This document shows, piece after piece, positions 61,986 through 64,000 of a DNA stretch of 64,000 nt. Under the pieces are notes generated by a model. The model saw nothing but the letters and a program-made list of their open reading frames with translations, did no database searches and was not told where the DNA came from. The stretch lies in NCBI GenBank assembly GCA_963812015.1, contig CAWETI010000003.1, forward strand, positions 384,001 to 448,000, given 5' to 3'. The position numbers and the translations under genes were made by a program. The first letter of the stretch is position 1. Every line of letters starts with the position of its first letter. Source of the DNA: an uncultured delta proteobacterium (lineage in GTDB: Bacteria; Desulfobacterota; Desulfobaccia; Desulfobaccales; 0-14-0-80-60-11).

Positions 61986-63328
61986 GATGAAAATATCTGG
62001 CAAGGAGGATTTTCTCGATGAAGCGGTCCCGATTTACCGACCAGCAGATTGCCTTTGCCCTGCAGCAGGCCGAGCAGGGGACCCAGGTGGCCGAGGTCAC
62101 CCGCAAGATGGGGGTTAGCGAGCAGACCTTTTACCGCTGGAAAAAGAAGTATGGGGGCCTGATGCCCTCCGAGGTCCGCAAGCTCCGGCAACTCGAAGAG
62201 GAGAATGCCCGGCTGCGCCGGCTGGTGGCGGATCTGTCCCTGGACAAGGAAATGCTCCAGGAGGTAATCCGAAAAAAGCTCTGAAGCCTGCCCAGGTACG
62301 GGCCACGGTGGAGCTTTTGCGCACCTGTTACCAGGTGAGCATCCGGCGGGCCTCCCAGACGCTTCCCGGCCCGCGTTCCACCCTGTATTACCGGTCCCGC
62401 AAACCTGAGCAGGCACCCCTGAGACACCGGATCAAGGAGATTGCCACCGTCCGGGTGCGCTATGGCTACCGGCGGATTCACACCCTCCTGCAACGAGAAG
62501 GCTGGGGGGTCAACCACAAACGAGTTTATCGGCTTTATTGCCTGGAAGGTTTGCAGATGCGCCACAAGCCTCCCCGGCGCCGGGTCAGCGCCAAGTTGCG
62601 AGATGACCGCACCGATGCCATCCGACCCAACCAGTGCTGGTCCATGGATTTTATGGCCGATGAGCTCTTTGATGGCCGGCGCCTTCGGCTCTTAACGATA
62701 GTGGATAACTTTAGCCGTGTTAGTCCGTTTATCGGGGTAGGATTCAGCTATAAGGGCTATGATGTGGTCTCGGCTCTAAACCTGGCGATGGCCCAATATG
62801 GGGTGCCGGAGTGCATCCGGGTGGACAACGGCCCGGAGTTCATCTCCAAAGAAGTTGACCTGTGGGCTTACGCTTACGGCGTGGTCCTGGACTTCTCCCG
62901 GCCGGGAAAGCCCACGGACAACGCCTTCATCGAATCGTTCAACAGCCGTTTTCGGCAAGAATGCCTGAATGAGCACTGGTTTTTGAGCCTGGAGGATGCT
63001 ACAGAGAAGATCGAAGCTTGGCGGGGCCACTACAACGAGCAGCGGCCGCACAGTAGCTTGGGGTATCAATCGCCAGTGGAGTATCTCTCGGGGGCTCTGC
63101 CCCCACCCCCCGGGAGTTTATCGCTTTGGGGGAATCTGGAGGGGCAGGAACCAGAAAGGCAGAACCCATAAGGCTCTGCCCCTCCGTCATCCACCCGCCT
63201 CGGCGCTCAGGTTGCTCTCCAGCAGGGCCCTATCCTCCGGGCGGGCAAGAAGAATATACCATGACCCCTTAAGGTGGAAAAAGCGAATTTGTCTCATTCA
63301 AAATGGTCCAAATTTGGGGGCATCTCCA
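61936..63328 (+). mobile_element. IS3-family element (inner), 5-bp target duplication CTTGA
   Basis: IRs TGGTCTGCTCCCCGAAAACTGGACCATT / AATGGTCCAAATTTGGGGGCATCTCCA; CTTGA at 61931-61935 and 63329-63333. Confidence 0.92.
62018..63171 (+). CDS. IS3 transposase OrfA (62018-62284) and OrfB, -1 frameshift
   Basis: MKRSRFTDQQI; slippery AAAAAAG 62272-62278; WSMDF, DNGPEF, KPTDNAFIESFN. Confidence 0.92.
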
Positions 63329-64000
63329 CTTGACCCCCATCCTAACTTAAAACTTGGTACAACTACTGGGGGCAGGTCAAAAGTTCCTCCGCTCGAACGG
63401 GAAATTCCTGGATTATTACTTGATAGAGTAAGCAGGTACCAATATTATATCAATTAGGAAATCCCTAATTTCGCAATTCGAAACGACTATTTTCATATGA
63501 TCATTTTGACCATTTAACAAAAAATTTCGGTATGCCGCTGATTGGGAGATCGCATTTAGCGATATTTTAACGATCGCGGCTATCTTGCCACTAGCAAACC
63601 TTCTCAAAAATTCTGAAGAGGTGCAGATATAATCCCTATCTCGAAAAGAGAAATAAGGTCAGGCTTCCGCATTTAAACCTGGCACCCTTCATGGCATCAG
63701 AAAAACTACCGGATTTGGATAGAAGGCCGCCCGCGTGTAAAGGTTAAATGAATTTTTCCGAATTTTTAAAAATTATATTGTAATGTGCCGGATAAACCTC
63801 GAGGTGCGGGCTGGGAGACAGAGGGTTGGGGTTGCGCATAAGGAATCCCAATGACTGGAGCAACGGGTGCGACATAGGCAACCGGCGGTGGTCCTCCATA
63901 AACTCGACCTACATAATGGGGGTTGTATGGCCCCCTATAGGAGCGCCGGAAATCCTTATAGTGACCGTCAAACCCATGAGGCCTTGGGCCATGCCAGCCA

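Larger units (their letters stand above)
60715..63379 (+). mobile_element. IS3-family element (outer), interrupted by a second IS3
   Basis: IRs TGACCTGCCCCC / GGGGGCAGGTCA. Confidence 0.9.
35626..64000. mobile_element. Genomic island integrated in yjbQ; right boundary not seen in window
   Basis: Broken yjbQ, recombinase plus excisionase, AT-rich mosaic, several IS; 5' yjbQ not found in window. Extent inferred. Confidence 0.65.

Noticed and set aside
1..64000. CRISPR array, tRNA, rRNA or recognisable anti-phage defence genes
   Set aside because: No regularly spaced repeat-spacer pattern or diagnostic motifs were seen by eye.

Overview
GC-rich bacterial chromosome segment. Gene content suggests a Desulfobacterota/Desulfobacca-like anaerobe (inference). 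1-7.4 kb is housekeeping DNA (rlmH, PaaI thioesterase, thrC, and pgi followed by a kinase and sigma54 activator), with many REP-like palindromes. 7.5-29.3 kb is a sigma54-controlled cluster. It holds three kinases, three single-domain receivers, an NtrC-type activator, a USP/DVU0150-like/TauE/lipoprotein operon and two paralogous PEP-synthase-like proteins whose C-terminal domain is not the usual pyruvate-binding barrel. Three sigma54 promoters here share a 27-bp upstream palindrome at a near-fixed 121-122 bp distance. An AT-rich islet with a GluR0-like K+ channel interrupts this cluster. 33-34 kb holds a small islet flanked by a 177-bp duplication of the cyclophilin gene 3' end. From about 35.6 kb to the window end lies a decaying genomic island integrated in yjbQ by a large serine recombinase, now a pseudogene, whose 3' end crosses the att junction. 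Its cargo is mostly signalling: 2 GGDEF, 3 HD-GYP, a c-di-GMP-I riboswitch, a HisKA_3 kinase, 2 NarL-type regulators with recurring tandem operator-like boxes, and 2 Ada-Zn-domain membrane proteins. It also carries IS630, IS1380, nested IS3 elements and a palindromic IS-end fusion. No CRISPR array, rRNA or tRNA was seen. Family names are recognised by eye, not by database search.
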